A DNA stretch of 64,000 nucleotides from Chrysemys picta bellii (GCF_011386835.1 NC_088805.1:28892001-28956000), one strand, 5' to 3'. Shown: positions 1 to 13,183, counted from the stretch's first letter. Numbers and translations are program-made. Notes: generated from the letters alone by a model not told the origin.

Positions 1-90
1 TTTATTAATGATCTGGAACAGCATCGGGCCCAGGCCTAGTACTGATCCCTGCAGAACCCCACTTGAATGCCTACATGTGATTTAAAAGAC

Positions 91-209
91 AGACAAGTTG
101 GGTGAGGTAGTATCTTTTATTGGGCCAACTTCTGTTGGTAAGAGACAAGTTTTTCAGCTCCACAGAACTCCTCATCCACCTTGTGTCTCTCATATCCTGG
201 GACCAACAC
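91..209. mobile_element. Penelope-like remnant (second family), partial
   Basis: agacaagttgggtgaggtagtatcttttattgggccaacttctgttgg shared with 62785-62992. Confidence 0.7.
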
Positions 210-1442
210 TACAAATCATGTATTGTTTGCAATGCAGCAGAGACCATATTCCCCAATCAGGCACGTGTTTCCAGACATATGGGAAAACAATACACCATCC
301 CTGCCCAGAGTGGTTTACAATAGGTACCTAACTTTCAGCACTCAAGTTAGAAAGCTTTGTCCAGGGAACCTCTCATTGCCATTTCCTCAGCCACTGCAGA
401 CTACAACTGTAATTTTAGCTTATGCGGAATGAATATTAAAGAAGCTACTAGACTGAACTATGAAGTTACTAGATTTAGAGAGGTTTCCAATGACTATTTG
501 GAGCCTTTTTTAAACTGTACAAGTAACTTTTTCCAGCATCTGAGATTAATTATTTAGGATTTGTCTGAGACCATATTAATTTATTTATTACCTGTGAATT
601 TTAAGTTTTATATTTGCATACTTAAACAATAAATCACTGCAGACACTACATAGGCAACTGATACAAAAAAGAAAAAAAGGACATAGGAAAGGAGCAGTGA
701 AGTACATTCAATTTTAAGATGACACAGTAAAATAGATTGTTTTAGTGATTAGAATGTTGTACCTCACTTGAGTCTCAGTAAAAAAAGATCTTAAAGACTG
801 GTTGGAAAGCTATTGCATAATTAATTTGAATTTAAAACTTCATGCTAAAATATTAGCATTTTAATTTTCTTTTATGTGACATCACTGAAAAGCTATTACC
901 ATTCAAAGGGTAATAGTGTATATTATTTAGTAGTTACCAAAAATAACCCTATCACATTCTAGTTACAGGAGAAAACTAAGAGAAAACGTGCTGCAACATT
1001 TTGCATGTTTGATGGTTTTTTGTCCTAGACTAGCGTTTCATGGTATGAATATTTGAAAAGCTCACAGACTTACCTACTACAAGCTATTTGTCAGCCAGGA
1101 ATTTGTGTAGATTCAAAACAGTGGGATCTAACTTGCATTTGGGAAGCTACCAGATACAGTATAGGCACCCTTCGTTTAACATTTCAGAAGGATAGCTTCA
1201 ACATTACTGCAGTAATTCTTTTTTCTCTCATTCTCCCCAAAAATATTTCATTGGAAAGACTATTAGTTGAGTCTTTATATTGTGACTAAAAACACTAAAT
1301 TTTGGCAAGGGACCAGAAGATTAATAAATGTTCTAGGCTTGTAAGCACAGCTCAAGTTTCCAATTGCCTAATACATAGCATTCTATTATAGCTACTATTA
1401 TTAAGTTTGCATGTCCAAACATCTACAGACCACATGGTAGAA

Positions 1443-1590
1443 ATCACAGAATTGTAGGATTGGAAGGTACCTCGAGAGGTCATCTGGTCCAGTCCTCTGC
1501 ACTCATGGCAGGACTAAATATTATCTAGACCATCCATGACAGATGGTTTGTCTAACCTGCTCTTAAAAATGTCCAATAATCCACTCTTGA
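1443..1590 (-). mobile_element. CR1 3'-end fragment
   Basis: ggaaggtacctcgagaggtcatctggtccagtcc, same tail type as the SINE and CR1 copies. Confidence 0.75.
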
Positions 1591-2137
1591 GGATAGTAGT
1601 GATTGGATGTGCTACTCTGAACAACATCTACAATAGAAAGTTTATGGATCGTATTTACGGTCAAATGCAGCACTTCAAGCTTTCTATCATATAGGATGTA
1701 GCCTCTACAATGAGGGAGGCTGGAATTTAGAGTGCTAGACAACTATATATTTGGTAGCCTAAGGCACAAAACTCAGCACTATCTTCACTAGTATTTGGGC
1801 AAGTGAAAGCATGAGGGTAGGCCTGTATATATGAACTGAAGTCCCTTCAAAACCCACTTCTGCAATAACACCTATAAGAAATCAAGCAATATATCAGTTA
1901 CGCTGAGAGGCAATTGGGGAAGTTTTCTAATTTTTAGTTGCTTACATAAATATTAAACATACATCTGAATAATGGTGTAAATATTGATCACAGAGCACAT
2001 CTATCCCTGTACAGCACCTGGCACAACAGGGCACTAATAGCTTACTTCTGATTTTAAGTCCCACCTCCTATTAATCATCATCTTAAATGTGCCAAGAATA
2101 TTATATTTAGTTAAGCTGTTAGACAAATCTATTTTAC

Positions 2138-2290
2138 CTGCACGCCTGGGCTCACTGGGACCGGGTACATCATATTTGGTGCAAAACAAACAGGCTGAGT
2201 ATACACAGGAGTTGGCTGTTGATGACCCACCATAGAAGGGCTAGGCTGAGCTTGTGGACGAGGTGAGGTTGGTGTAGTAGAAGGCTTGGG
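2138..2290 (-). CDS. ATXN2: Ataxin-2 exon 17: PKPSTTPTSPRPQAQPSPSMVGHQQPTPVYTQPVCFAPNMMYPVPVSPGVQ; gene continues left of the window
   Basis: 153 nt, AG/GT; no exon 18 found in 1-2137. Confidence 0.96.
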
Positions 2291-3227
2291 CTACAAATAA
2301 ATGAAACAGTTCACTCTGTGTCAGTGCACAGTTCACTCATGTATGCCATATATGCCAGTTTTACCTATGCTCAGAGTTTGCTCATGGCAGTCAGATAGGA
2401 ATGGAACAGGTTGTGCTTCTTTAAAGACAGGCATTTAAAACATGTAAATTCTTTTCACCTGATTGCATGGTGAAGTTAAAAAGACAAAGAAGAAAAGTTT
2501 AGCAAGATTTGAAGACTCTGAAGGCTAGTGCTAGAGTTAGTGTTTTCTGACTCAAAGTACTTCAAAGCAGAAAGGCTTGCTCCTTGAGCAGAGGAGGAGA
2601 GCACTACAGAAATGGCACACTGCTGGTGGGGAAGGGGAAGGCAAGGGCAAGGGTTAAGAGCACATTTCCTAGCAGCATCAGTTTTCAAAGATGCAGCAGA
2701 CCCTCCTTGTGGTAGACTGGATGTAACATTCACAGCTGCTGTTTCCTCACTAGGAGGAGGCAACTTTTCAAGGGAAAGGTGGACTGGCTTTGGACCCGCT
2801 GGCAACAGCTCCAGGTAGAATATTGTTGTCAGTCAAGACCAAAATCTTGAAAACCTTCCTAGAGGGCTTGTGACTATCTGTAAATAAGTTCCATTAAGTT
2901 AAATACGGTCATCAGAGTTCAGAAGAATGTAATTAAGAACCAGTTTAGACAACAGGGGAGGGAGGGGATGTGAGGATATGTGGTGAAGATCTGAAGGAAA
3001 TATAATATGGCCTCCCAAATGGTCACTCAGACCTGGTATCTAAGACAGCCTTTTTTATTAAATAAAATAGTACTCCACATTTGGTGTAGTCTGTTGTTTA
3101 CTGAAATATAGTGAACCCCTTTCAAAATGTGTTATGGTTTGATGTACCGAATTGCCGTTCTTAAAAACCCTGAGAATTAATCTGGTACACTGTTAAATTA
3201 TGAAGGAGAATTGGTCAGAGACACAAA

Positions 3228-3405
3228 GGGTATGTCTACACTTCAAATGCTAGAGCAGCACTGCTTTAGCGCTTCAGCGTAGACACTACTTACACCAATG
3301 GGAGGGGCTCTCCCATCGGCATAGGTAATCTATCTCCTTGAGAGACAGTAGCACTGTCTTCTACACCAGGGGTTGGGTTAGCACAGCTACATCTCTCAGG
3401 TGTGT

Positions 3406-3442
<37 letters not shown>

Positions 3443-3494
3443 AGCCCTGAAAAACGTAGCTATGTCAATGTCAATTCCCAGTGTAGACCAGCCC
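3228..3494. mobile_element. Harbinger/PIF-like MITE (GGGTATGTCTACACT TIR family)
   Basis: 15-bp TIRs; interior shared with the 8933, 37845 and 61619 copies. Confidence 0.75.
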
Positions 3495-3622
3495 TCAGAC
3501 TCAACTAGCAGAATACAGCGTACTTGACCCACGTGTACAAAGAAAAACGATATTACTGTGCAATTACTTGAGAGGTTGTATGTCACCACATGCAATATCG
3601 CTTAATACAACTATCAACTTAC

Positions 3623-3686
3623 TTGAGCAAAAGATCGAGGGTTGAACTCCTTTGCATTGGGATTAAGTGTTGATTTCCTAACTTGC
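3623..3686 (-). CDS. ATXN2: Ataxin-2 exon 16: QVRKSTLNPNAKEFNPRSFAQ (PAM2 motif)
   Basis: 64 nt, AG/GT, LNPNAKEF PABP-binding motif. Confidence 0.97.
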
Positions 3687-3969
3687 CTACACACAAAAAC
3701 ACACAAAAGGATTTAAAGTTCAGAGATATTCCTTCACAAACATTTCCCCTGAAGTCTTCCACAGTTCAACTGTTAGAGTTATTAAAATCCCATCACAACA
3801 TAAAAATATTGTCAGATTAGGTTTACAACTGAGAAGACTTATGGGAAACTAAGGGGCACATGGCTAATCACACTATATGGAAAGAAAAAGGAAAAAGTCA
3901 TCTACTACACTTATTTCTACAAAGCACATTTTTGATGGTGCTTAGTCTGATTGACAAAGGGACAGCGTT

Positions 3970-4140
3970 TAGACAAATGAGTGCAGGATTAGGTAGCAGG
4001 AGGACCAGAGTTCTAGCTCGGCCACCAACCTGCAGCGTGTCTTTGGCCAAGTCATTTAACTTCTGCCTCAATTTCCCCATTTGTAAAACGCAGATGTTTA
4101 CCCACCTAACTCAGAGGCGTTGTGAAGATTAATTCATTAA
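3970..4140 (+). mobile_element. MIR/CORE-SINE-like ancient element
   Basis: ggccaagtcatttaacttctgcctcaatttccccatttgtaaaa resembles the CORE domain. Confidence 0.65.
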
Positions 4141-4257
4141 TGTAAAGTCCTATATAAATACTAAGAGTTAATTTTTTCAAACAGTAGCTCTCCCCTTTGC
4201 AGGGGATTTTAAAAACAGAACACACCTGATTTGCTTATTAAGAACACAATTACTTAC

Positions 4258-4565
4258 TCAGAGGTATCTTTCTTCTCTTCTTTATCCTCTTTATCTTGTT
4301 TACTTCCAGGTCCAGATGTCTGTACACCCTGAGAGGTTACCTCTGGCCCTCGCTTCTGCTCAGAGCTACTACTAGTTGATGGAGAAATACTGGGACTATT
4401 CGATTTGCTACTGCCACTGTTAGAGTTCGCATTACTGCTGGTTTCAATGACAGATTCTTTAGAGTTTGATTCTGTTTTCTCTTTAATCGCATCTCTGGAT
4501 TTTTCACCTTCTCGATTTTTGTTTAGCAGTTGATCCACAGTCTCTGGGGTGGAACTTGGCTGTAA
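4258..4565 (-). CDS. ATXN2: Ataxin-2 exon 15: LQPSSTPETVDQLLNKNREG...KEEKKDTS(E)
   Basis: 308 nt, AG/GT; within ORF 4254..4631. Confidence 0.96.
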
Positions 4566-5166
4566 CTGAAAGCACCAATAGTTAACACTTTTGATAAATA
4601 TCATCCCTATGCAGGGATACAGAAAACACATGAATTACTACCAACAATACTTATGCAATCAAAAAGGAAAATTTCCATAAACTGTTCAGCTGTAGGAACC
4701 TGAAGTTATTTTAACAGAAGATGCAGGTTTCATCACTAAAAACAGAAATAAGCACACATATGTGATGGATCTATAAACTTAAGGAGGCTTAGATGAAAGA
4801 ACGAACTTGATGGGATTGAAGAAGTTTCCTTTTCATTTTCTAATGAAGGTACAAATCACAGCAACACCTAAGTAGTACTAGACACTATTCAATGCAATGT
4901 AACAGTAACACTTAATGATGAGATAGCAATTTAAGAAGCCATTTTTGCCCCCAGATAGCTAAAAGGTTCAATTAAATGTTTTAAGTTAGGCAAACTATTA
5001 GATATATTACGGCATAGCTGCTTTGGGGATTTAGAGGCTCTCTGGGAGGGAAGATGTGCACCATAGCTACATCACAGTTAATTATACAGGCCCCAAGTGC
5101 TCTAGCGATTTACAGTGAGACACAAAAGGGTTCCAACGAGTGTTCCAATAGACAGTATCTAAATTA

Positions 5167-5931
5167 CCGTATATACTCGTTCATAAGTCCAATTTTTTTT
5201 AGGAAAAAAAGGAAGCACCAGAGACGGGGGTTGGCTTAGGGGAACGGGTATAGAGAGGGAGAGGTGGGACACAGCCCCTCCCGCAACAGAGGGAGCAAGG
5301 AGAGGCAGCGCAGCCAGCAGAGACAGAATGGAAGAGGTGGGGCCAGAGTCTCTCCACTTCTGGCCACGCTGCTCTCCCCCCAGCCTCCAAAGCAGCTACA
5401 GCTCCGGGGCTGGCAGGCTGCAGCCGTGCCGCTCGGCCTCGCCCCCCAGAGCAGGCTGTGGCTGCGCCGCCCTGGCACCAGAGCACACTGCGGCCACGCC
5501 ACCTGGCCTGCCAGATCAACTCCAGCCAGGTCAAAGACATCCTCCCCTAGCCCTCCCCAGATAAGGTGGGAAGGGATGGGATGGAGAGAGTGTGGGGGTC
5601 CCAGGCTAGGGATGGGGTCATGTGGGGGGTGGTCACATGGGTTACTCCCCTGACTCCCAGCTTCTCCCCCCAGTTGCTGTCCCAGCCCGTCAGGGTAAGC
5701 AGCTGGCGCGCCGGGACACTTTGTTTACTTAGGTTTACCTCTGTGCCTGTGGACGCTCGAGGTAAACAAACCATCTCGGACCACCTGATGGCCCGGGAGC
5801 CAAATTTTGCTGACCCCCTGAATTATAGGGTTGGCTTATGAACGGGTTATAAAAATTTTCCATTTTTACTTATCTATTGGGGGGGGGGGGTCGGCTTATA
5901 AACGAACCGGCTTATGATCAAGCATATATGG
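5167..5931. mobile_element. Non-autonomous Tc1/mariner-type element with a GC-rich interior
   Basis: TA flanks, TIR-like ends CCGTATATACTCG...AGCATATATGG. Confidence 0.75.
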
Positions 5932-6211
5932 TATAATCTGCATTTTACATATGCGCAATAGTCTGAGTCACTTAAGTACCACATACAGATTAAAGGAGAG
6001 TCAGCACTGACTTTGTTTATATTGGCTTGTGTCATGATCTTATATGAATATGTTTGTTTGAATGACATTCTAATATGTACTCATTAATTTAAGGGCCTAT
6101 TTTCCTATTGATAAATATGCTCAACTCCTTAATTGAAAACATAGATGCACATCAAAGGAAAAGGACGGTATAAAACTCTTTTTAGTCAACACCCACATGA
6201 AAGACACTTAC

Positions 6212-6282
6212 CCTAAAGTCATTCTTAAATTTCTTTAAATCATCAATCTGTTTTCTGTGTTCTGAAGCAGCTGAAGATACAC
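6212..6282 (-). CDS. ATXN2: Ataxin-2 exon 14: VSSAASEHRKQIDDLKKFKNDFR
   Basis: 71 nt, AG/GT, conserved IDDLKKFKNDF motif. Confidence 0.97.
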
Positions 6283-7566
6283 CTGCCGAACATAATATAC
6301 CCATGAAAAACCCAAACTCCTACTCCACATAAAACAAAACTTATAGTAACTGGAGTCATGTCAGTAACACAAATATCATGTTTCCAAGAATGAAAGAAAG
6401 ATAATGCCTTTGATTTGGAAAGTTGTTGTTACTCCAACGGGAGCAAACATTCAGTGGCAATTCTAATCCAAATCACTGCATAAGAGAAATTGAAAAGCCC
6501 TAAGGGCTGAACTGATTGATCAGTTATCTAAGTGCTCCCTTAAATACATTACACTTTGGGGATTTTAAGTTAAATTTTGTGCTTTATCTGCAGAGATCCT
6601 TAAATTTAGTTACAATGCAGCCTTCAGAAACTTGAGCTGTACTAAAGAGGAAAGATCCAGTAACGTATCAACCTCCTACCCATGTTTCTAAACAAAGCAG
6701 AGAGAGAAGTAGAAGCAGCTCTGTATCTCAAGAAACTGCAGCCACTCACTCCTGTTTCCCCAAACTGAAGCAGTCTTGTTCAATTCTGCTTTTCCCACTC
6801 TCAAATTAGTTGTGAGAGCGCCATGGCTTTTAAACCATTTGAAGTACAGGACTGTTAATCTTTTTATGGAGACCACACAAAAAACCCAGGTTCTGTGCTT
6901 TATATTACTAGAACCCTACAACAGAATGACAGCAGGCCATAATTCACAATAAGGAACACACATACACACACGTAATACAACATCAAGTTACAAATTTAAA
7001 ATAAACAAGGAAATGCAAGTGTTCTAACTTTAATACAAAACAATTTGGCCTAATTAGTAATTCAAAGTACAACCTGTGTGCAAGTTAACTACAAAAACTA
7101 GAGCTGACTGAATAATTGACTAGGTCAATGAATTTTTCTGAATAACCATTAGTTGTTAATTTTTCCACTCACATTATTCAGCCATTTCTAGGAAACATAA
7201 CTTCTGCATTTCATATTTTAAATTTGCAACATTAATGTAGATCTTTGTGCTTATTTTCTTTAAAAAAAAAAAAAAGAAAAAAAACCTGCTGGTTCATTGT
7301 AGCTATACAGTTTTACACAACTCCACAAACTGCATTCTTAAACACACAAAAATCCTTACCCCTGAAACCAGGGTTATTTTTTGGCAGATCCAAACGTTTT
7401 TGCTACACCACACTCTAGATACAGGAAAACCTAGATGTAGAGCTAAGGAACTCTGCAATGCACTCTGTCAGACGCCAATGCAATAATATAACCCTAAAGT
7501 TTACATTGCATATGGCCATAAATATTAAAATGTTAAGACTAGAGACTAAACTGAAAAAAATTAATA

Positions 7567-7749
7567 ATCACAGAATATCAGGGTTGGAAGGGACCTCAGG
7601 AGGTCATCTAGTCCAACGCCCTGCTCAAAGCAGGACTAATCCCGAGACAGATTTTTGCCCCAGAGCCCTAAATGGCCCCCTCAAGGATCGAACTCACAAC
7701 CCTGGGTTTAGCAGGCCAATGCTCAAACCACTGAGCTATCCCTCCCCCC
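7567..7749 (-). mobile_element. Tortoise PolIII/SINE (tRNA-derived head, CR1-derived 3' tail)
   Basis: Minus strand GGGAGGGATAGCTCAGTGGTTTGAGCATTGGCCTGCTAAACCCAGGGTTGTGAGTTC followed by CR1-like tail. Confidence 0.9.
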
Positions 7750-8188
7750 ATAGAAAATTTTTTGAGACCTATGAGCAACTACGGAGCAGGTTATAAAGAA
7801 ACCTGAATCAAAACCATACATTTATTTTTTGTTACTATGAGAACTATAATATCCAAGAAGCAAAAATCTTATGTATCATGAACATAATACTTAAAAGGGA
7901 AACTCTGGTCCATTTAAGCTTGGTTAAAAACAAGTCTTTACAAAACTAGTCAACAGAAGTGTTTCCATATTTTATTTTAATTTTGATGGAATGGTTAAAG
8001 AATAATAATCCCTCTGCAAAGTTCACTTTCACAGCTGCATGAACAAAAATTCTTACCTATAGAAAGCTGAAGCAACTGCCTAAAAGTCACTCTAATAAGA
8101 TGTTAACTTCACTAGTTGATACTGGGATGTGTGTTTACAATTCCCTAAATTACGCTAAAAATATTTAAGGGAACTTTTAGATACAAAC

Positions 8189-8296
8189 CTTTGTTTTCAG
8201 ATTTAGGAAAGCTAGGAGAAATCTCACTTGGCTTAGCATTTTCCTTGTTTCCAGCTGCAGAGTTCTGCCTCTGGTCCTGAAGCCTGGAATCTTTAG
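8189..8296 (-). CDS. ATXN2: Ataxin-2 exon 13: KDSRLQDQRQNSAAGNKENAKPSEISPSFPKSENK
   Basis: 108 nt, tttctag acceptor, AAG|GTTTGT donor, phase 1-1. Confidence 0.95.
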
Positions 8297-8932
8297 CTAG
8301 AAATATAATTTCAATTCAAAGTTACTTTCAAATATATATATTATTTATAGACACACACCTCAAAGAAGATGGTAAGAACTGCAGGGGAAGAAATATTTGA
8401 GGGAAAACTTTAGGCCAGAAGAGAACATAAGAGGAAGAAGAGGAAGCTAAGAACCATTTTACATTTATGAAAATTCTGTTAAAGGTAAGCTGCAAAGGAA
8501 AAAATATAGGCTTAATTTTTTTAAATGCTTTATGATGTTTAATGAGAACCTGGAAAAAAAAATTGCATTTTACATTAGAAATTCAGGGCCTGCCTGGGCT
8601 GAAGGACTATGGTGACTTGAGAACTAGTGAAAAGAACTCACAACAGTCAAGTGAAAGATTTAAACAGTTTGGATAAAGAAAGCGACTGTTAGAAAAATGA
8701 ACCGCGTGGGCTCTTCAATTAAGGTTTTACAGATGTTTGGGAGTTCTGAGACCTTCAAGCATTCTGCTAACAAAAAATTGATTTTATATTGCTGATATTT
8801 TGGGCACAAGAAAAGGCTGCAAATTCAGTTTTTAAAAAAATCTTTTCCGGTCACCTTTAACTAAGTATGACAATAACTGTATGCTACACATTCTGTTAAG
8901 AGAAGTACAGAGGAATGGGGAGAAGTTTATTA

Positions 8933-9223
8933 GGCTTGGTCTACATTTAAAATATGCGTTAGCATAGCTATATCAGTCAGAGACATGAAAAAAAAAAAAA
9001 ACCAACAACCACCTCACAACCGTGACTGACACAGCTATGCCAACAAACCCCCCCAGCACAGATGCAGACAGAAGAGTGCTTCTGCTGGCATAGCTAACGT
9101 TATCCAGATGTGATGTTCCTACACCAGCAGAAAAAATTCCTTCTGGCGCTGTATGTTGCATCTACAGTAAGGGCTATGCCACACTAGGTATGCGAACACA
9201 GGCTCTGTAGTGTAGACATAGCC
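8933..9223. mobile_element. Harbinger/PIF-like MITE
   Basis: TIRs plus TTA/TTA 3-bp TSD. Confidence 0.8.
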
Positions 9224-9436
9224 TTAGCCTATCAAAATGTTTTTCAGCAGTGTTGCTGTGTCAGATACCCACCCCCACACTCAACTGACTATATACAGTG
9301 GAACACAATGTAATCAAATGCACAAAACAGAAGAAAAATTTTGTTTCTAATAGGAAAGAAGTGTAGTTGGGTCAGTATATCCTTTCCCTTCACTTAAGAC
9401 TAAAACTGAAGAATTTAAAGTATCAGGACAGTTTAC

Positions 9437-9634
9437 CTTCACTGGATGGGGTAACTGCTCTATTGGATGCAGGACTGGCAGGTGTGGGAGATGCAGCTGG
9501 GACAGGCATGGCAACTGATTCAGTAGGAATAGTACCAGCTTGCGGAGAGGACAGAGCTGGCCCAGCTGGAGTACTTCCAACACTGCTCTGTCTTGGTGAC
9601 CTAGGCCTGTGTGTTTTAGGGGATAATCTTGGAA
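9437..9634 (-). CDS. ATXN2: Ataxin-2 exon 12: PRLSPKTHRPRSPRQ...NRAVTPSSE
   Basis: 198 nt, AG/GT, phase 1-1. Confidence 0.96.
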
Positions 9635-11279
9635 CTAGAATAAATAGAAACAATAGTTATAGGATAGTTGAGCCCCTATAGCTGTTAAGTGCTTAAAAGA
9701 AAAATGAAGCCTAAGAACATGCTTTAAAAATAGTTAGTGCAACATAATACAATTATTGAAAACCTGTTTACCTTTCAGGTACATTTCTTAGTTCTTTATA
9801 ATGCAGCATTTCAGATTACATGTAGGATTTGTCTGCAGAAAGATTCCCTCAATACACAATCACTGCCCTGCAGTCCTACAACGAAGCTGCAATTCCAAAT
9901 CGGTCCAACCATAACAGCTCAGATTAACACACAGTTTCAGGCACAGCAAAAGAGGTGGCCCGCTATACAAACAAATGTAAAACACTTTTTTAAAAGTGAC
10001 TGAAGGATATGAGTATCTTACACATGACTTGCTTTATATGCTCCTCTTTAGAGATTAATGCCTACTGGGAAACTGAAGTATTCCACTGAGACAGATACTT
10101 CTATATGAAATTTGCTGCCACCCCACAAGTTCTATAACTAAGAAGAAATATATGCATACAGAATAAATATTCTTTAGGAGACCACCTGCTCCTCCAGCCT
10201 ATTCCTCGCCATATATTATAATCTACTTTGACATTGATTATCTTGAAAGCAACTAGCTGTGATGCCAGAAGATTATGACTTCAAGAGACAAAAGAAAAAG
10301 GACTAAAAAAATATCCTGTTTTCATGTTAATAGCCCTATTGTAAGTTAATAAAAGAAAGAAGAAAAATCACCAAGGAGAGTGACAGAATTGTACTGAAAT
10401 AGAAAGCTTAAGGCAGCAGGTCTAAGAAATAGTCTTAGTCTATCAAAATGTGGCTATGCATTACAAAATGACAATCTATTCACATATTCTTTCATTAAAA
10501 CAGTGTCTCCATTGCACAATCTTATAGAGGTCTAGCAGTGCTAAGCTTCAAGTTCCAGACTGTATCTCACTTGTTGGGGGCTGACTGTTGCTAACTCACT
10601 AAGACACAGTCCACAGTATAAAAGAGTTTAAAAGCCTCTAGAGTAGACATTCTGTGTCATAAAAATAAGCTTTAAATACTAGGCCTTCAATTAAGAGGCT
10701 GTTAACTGAAAATTCTGATTGAAAGAATTCAGAGCTAGAACAGAACGAGACAGACCTATTTGTACTGACTGTACACAGTAATCCTGATTTATAAGAATGG
10801 AAAGGAAGCAATTTAAAACGTAGGACAGTTTTAAGAGAAACATGTAATTTTGAATTCCCTTATAAAGGCTTCACCTTAAGTAGAATTCCAACTTTTCTTG
10901 GTCTATCACTCTTACTTTCCTCTCTACCCAAGGTTCTTGTTCATATACAACTGCACATGAATTTAGTCACACAGCAGTTACTGAGGTATAGTTGTGGGAA
11001 TGGGGCCTATACACTGTTACTCGCCTCTTCCAATAGCTTTCTTAGGACTACACTTCCTTTCAGCTAACTCCTAGGCATTTTCCTTCCTTTCAATTATGTT
11101 TAATTGCAGCAAACAGTTGACGGAACAACCCCTTTCAAGTTAAGGCAATAATACAATCATTTAGCAGATCTGATGTTTATTCAAAGGCTGAACTGCCTGG
11201 AAGTTTAAGATTCTGCTTAACATTAATATTCTAAAAACATCCCTGGAAAACCATCTGCAATAAGCCAAGCTATACCTAC

Positions 11280-11462
11280 CCCCACTGACAACTGATGACC
11301 ACGTCCCACCTGATGGGCTGCCTCGTGCCACTGTAGAAGTAGATGCTTCCCCTGGTGCATTATGAGATACAAATTCTAAGCCACTTGAAATTGTACCCCT
11401 ACCAGTAGAGACTCTGTGACCTCGAGGGTGCCGTTGTGCCTTAGGAGACATCCGTGGTGGCC
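11280..11462 (-). CDS. ATXN2: Ataxin-2 exon 11: PPRMSPKAQRHPRGHRVSTGRG...WSSVVSG
   Basis: 183 nt, AG/GT, phase 1-1. Confidence 0.96.
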
Positions 11463-12859
11463 CTGGGAAGAAGAACACATCCCCACACTATGAATACCTA
11501 ATATCTCTCTTACTGCAAGTGTAGCTAAGTTTACTATCCATTTTTACAACTGGATCTAAGCTGCAATTCCAGTAAGCTCTAGTAGGACAATAAAGTAACA
11601 ATAGGTGTTGACCATAACCGGGGTTCCATGGGTTCAGGGCAATTGGACACATGGGTGAATATTACTGGTCCAATCAATCTAGGAATCCTAACTTGCCAAT
11701 CATCTTGGTATCGGAGCATGAATTCACTAGCAGTTACAAGCTTCATTAGCCTTTAACAAAAAAAATTTTGCAGCACCAATTTACTTCCTGAGAAATTTTA
11801 AATTCAAGAATTATGTGCATTTTAATATTGTTTACTGTGACCTGAGCCAAACAAACTAGTCTACTAGCTTCCTCTGGAGGAGTGTTGAAACCTGAACCAT
11901 CTAACATGCTTCATTCCACACTTGTTGAATCAGAGCAGATTAAAAAAAAAAATAAATAAACAGTGGAACTTGCATGCTGGATTCTCAAGATTTTATTTAG
12001 TCACTAAGGCTAGCAATGATAGCCAAAAGCAATGAAGGAAACTCCTGCGGGTATGTCTATTACCATCATCTTTGAAAGATATGATCTTGAGATTTTAGCA
12101 GGGAAGTCACGGCATATTAGTAATGGATTCAGCTGATCGGAGATTGCTGTGTCCCTTACTGAAGTTTCTGCTGAAATATCTATTTTGAGGGGCCATCAAC
12201 TTTCCAGTTAATGCACTGGTATGCAGTACTGTCTATTTCTTTACATGATTTGACTATGAATCACACATTCATGAGGTGCCTATCACCATAATACTGGAGT
12301 GCACCATATATAAATTTAGTTCAAACACTTCTTCACGTATAACTAGGAGATTGAAGAATGTGATCCTTTATATGTACTGTTAGCTACCAAAGGTATGCCA
12401 CGCTGCTGCCCCACTGATGTAAGCGTCAATTATGTCAATATTTTCTACAGGTTCATTTTTAAAGTAACTCATTCTAATCTCTTTTCACAGTGCACTTTTA
12501 TCAAAAACAGGATTTGGGGATCTGTGAGTAAGCAGTTGGAATGAGTCTGGTTAACTGTTGTATGTGGTACAACATGACAAAATGCTTGAGATTTTTAGAG
12601 CAATCCTAAAAATAACATTCCTAAGAAAGTCTTCTAAAAAACTGCCAGGCCCTGTGTGTTGCCGTTTGCTAGGTTAAGACACTGAGCAGCGTTACAAAGC
12701 TGAGTTTATTTCATACCAACTCGGGAAATTTCACAGCTTTATATTTTGTTTTTGTAAAGTTTCTTTAAATAAAAAGGTTAATAGAAATAGTCTGATAAAC
12801 TAAAGTTAAACACAAATTATAGGTTAAGTAATGAAGAGGAAAAACAATTTTGTAATTAA

Positions 12860-13183
12860 NNNNNNNNNNNNNNNNNNNNNNNNNNNNNNNNNNNNNNNNN
12901 NNNNNNNNNNNNNNNNNNNNNNNNNNNNNNNNNNNNNNNNNNNNNNNNNNNNNNNNNNNNNNNNNNNNNNNNNNNNNNNNNNNNNNNNNNNNNNNNNNNN
13001 NNNNNNNNNNNNNNNNNNNNNNNNNNNNNNNNNNNNNNNNNNNNNNNNNNNNNNNNNNNNNNNNNNNNNNNNNNNNNNNNNNNNNNNNNNNNNNNNNNNN
13101 NNNNNNNNNNNNNNNNNNNNNNNNNNNNNNNNNNNNNNNNNNNNNNNNNNNNNNNNNNNNNNNNNNNNNNNNNNNNNNNNNNN
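12860..13183. other. Assembly gap (324 N), probably hiding ATXN2 exon 10
   Basis: Run of N; a minus-strand polypyrimidine tract abuts the right edge; exon 10 not found elsewhere between exons 9 and 11. Confidence 0.85.

Noticed and set aside
2476-2818. 109-aa minus and 68-aa plus ORFs in intron 16
   Set aside because: No recognisable domain and no phase-compatible splice pair found; the 109-aa ORF starts at TTG.
7690-7749. tRNA-like sequence (also at about 31165-31226)
   Set aside because: It is the head of the PolIII/SINE, fused to a CR1 tail, not a tRNA gene.
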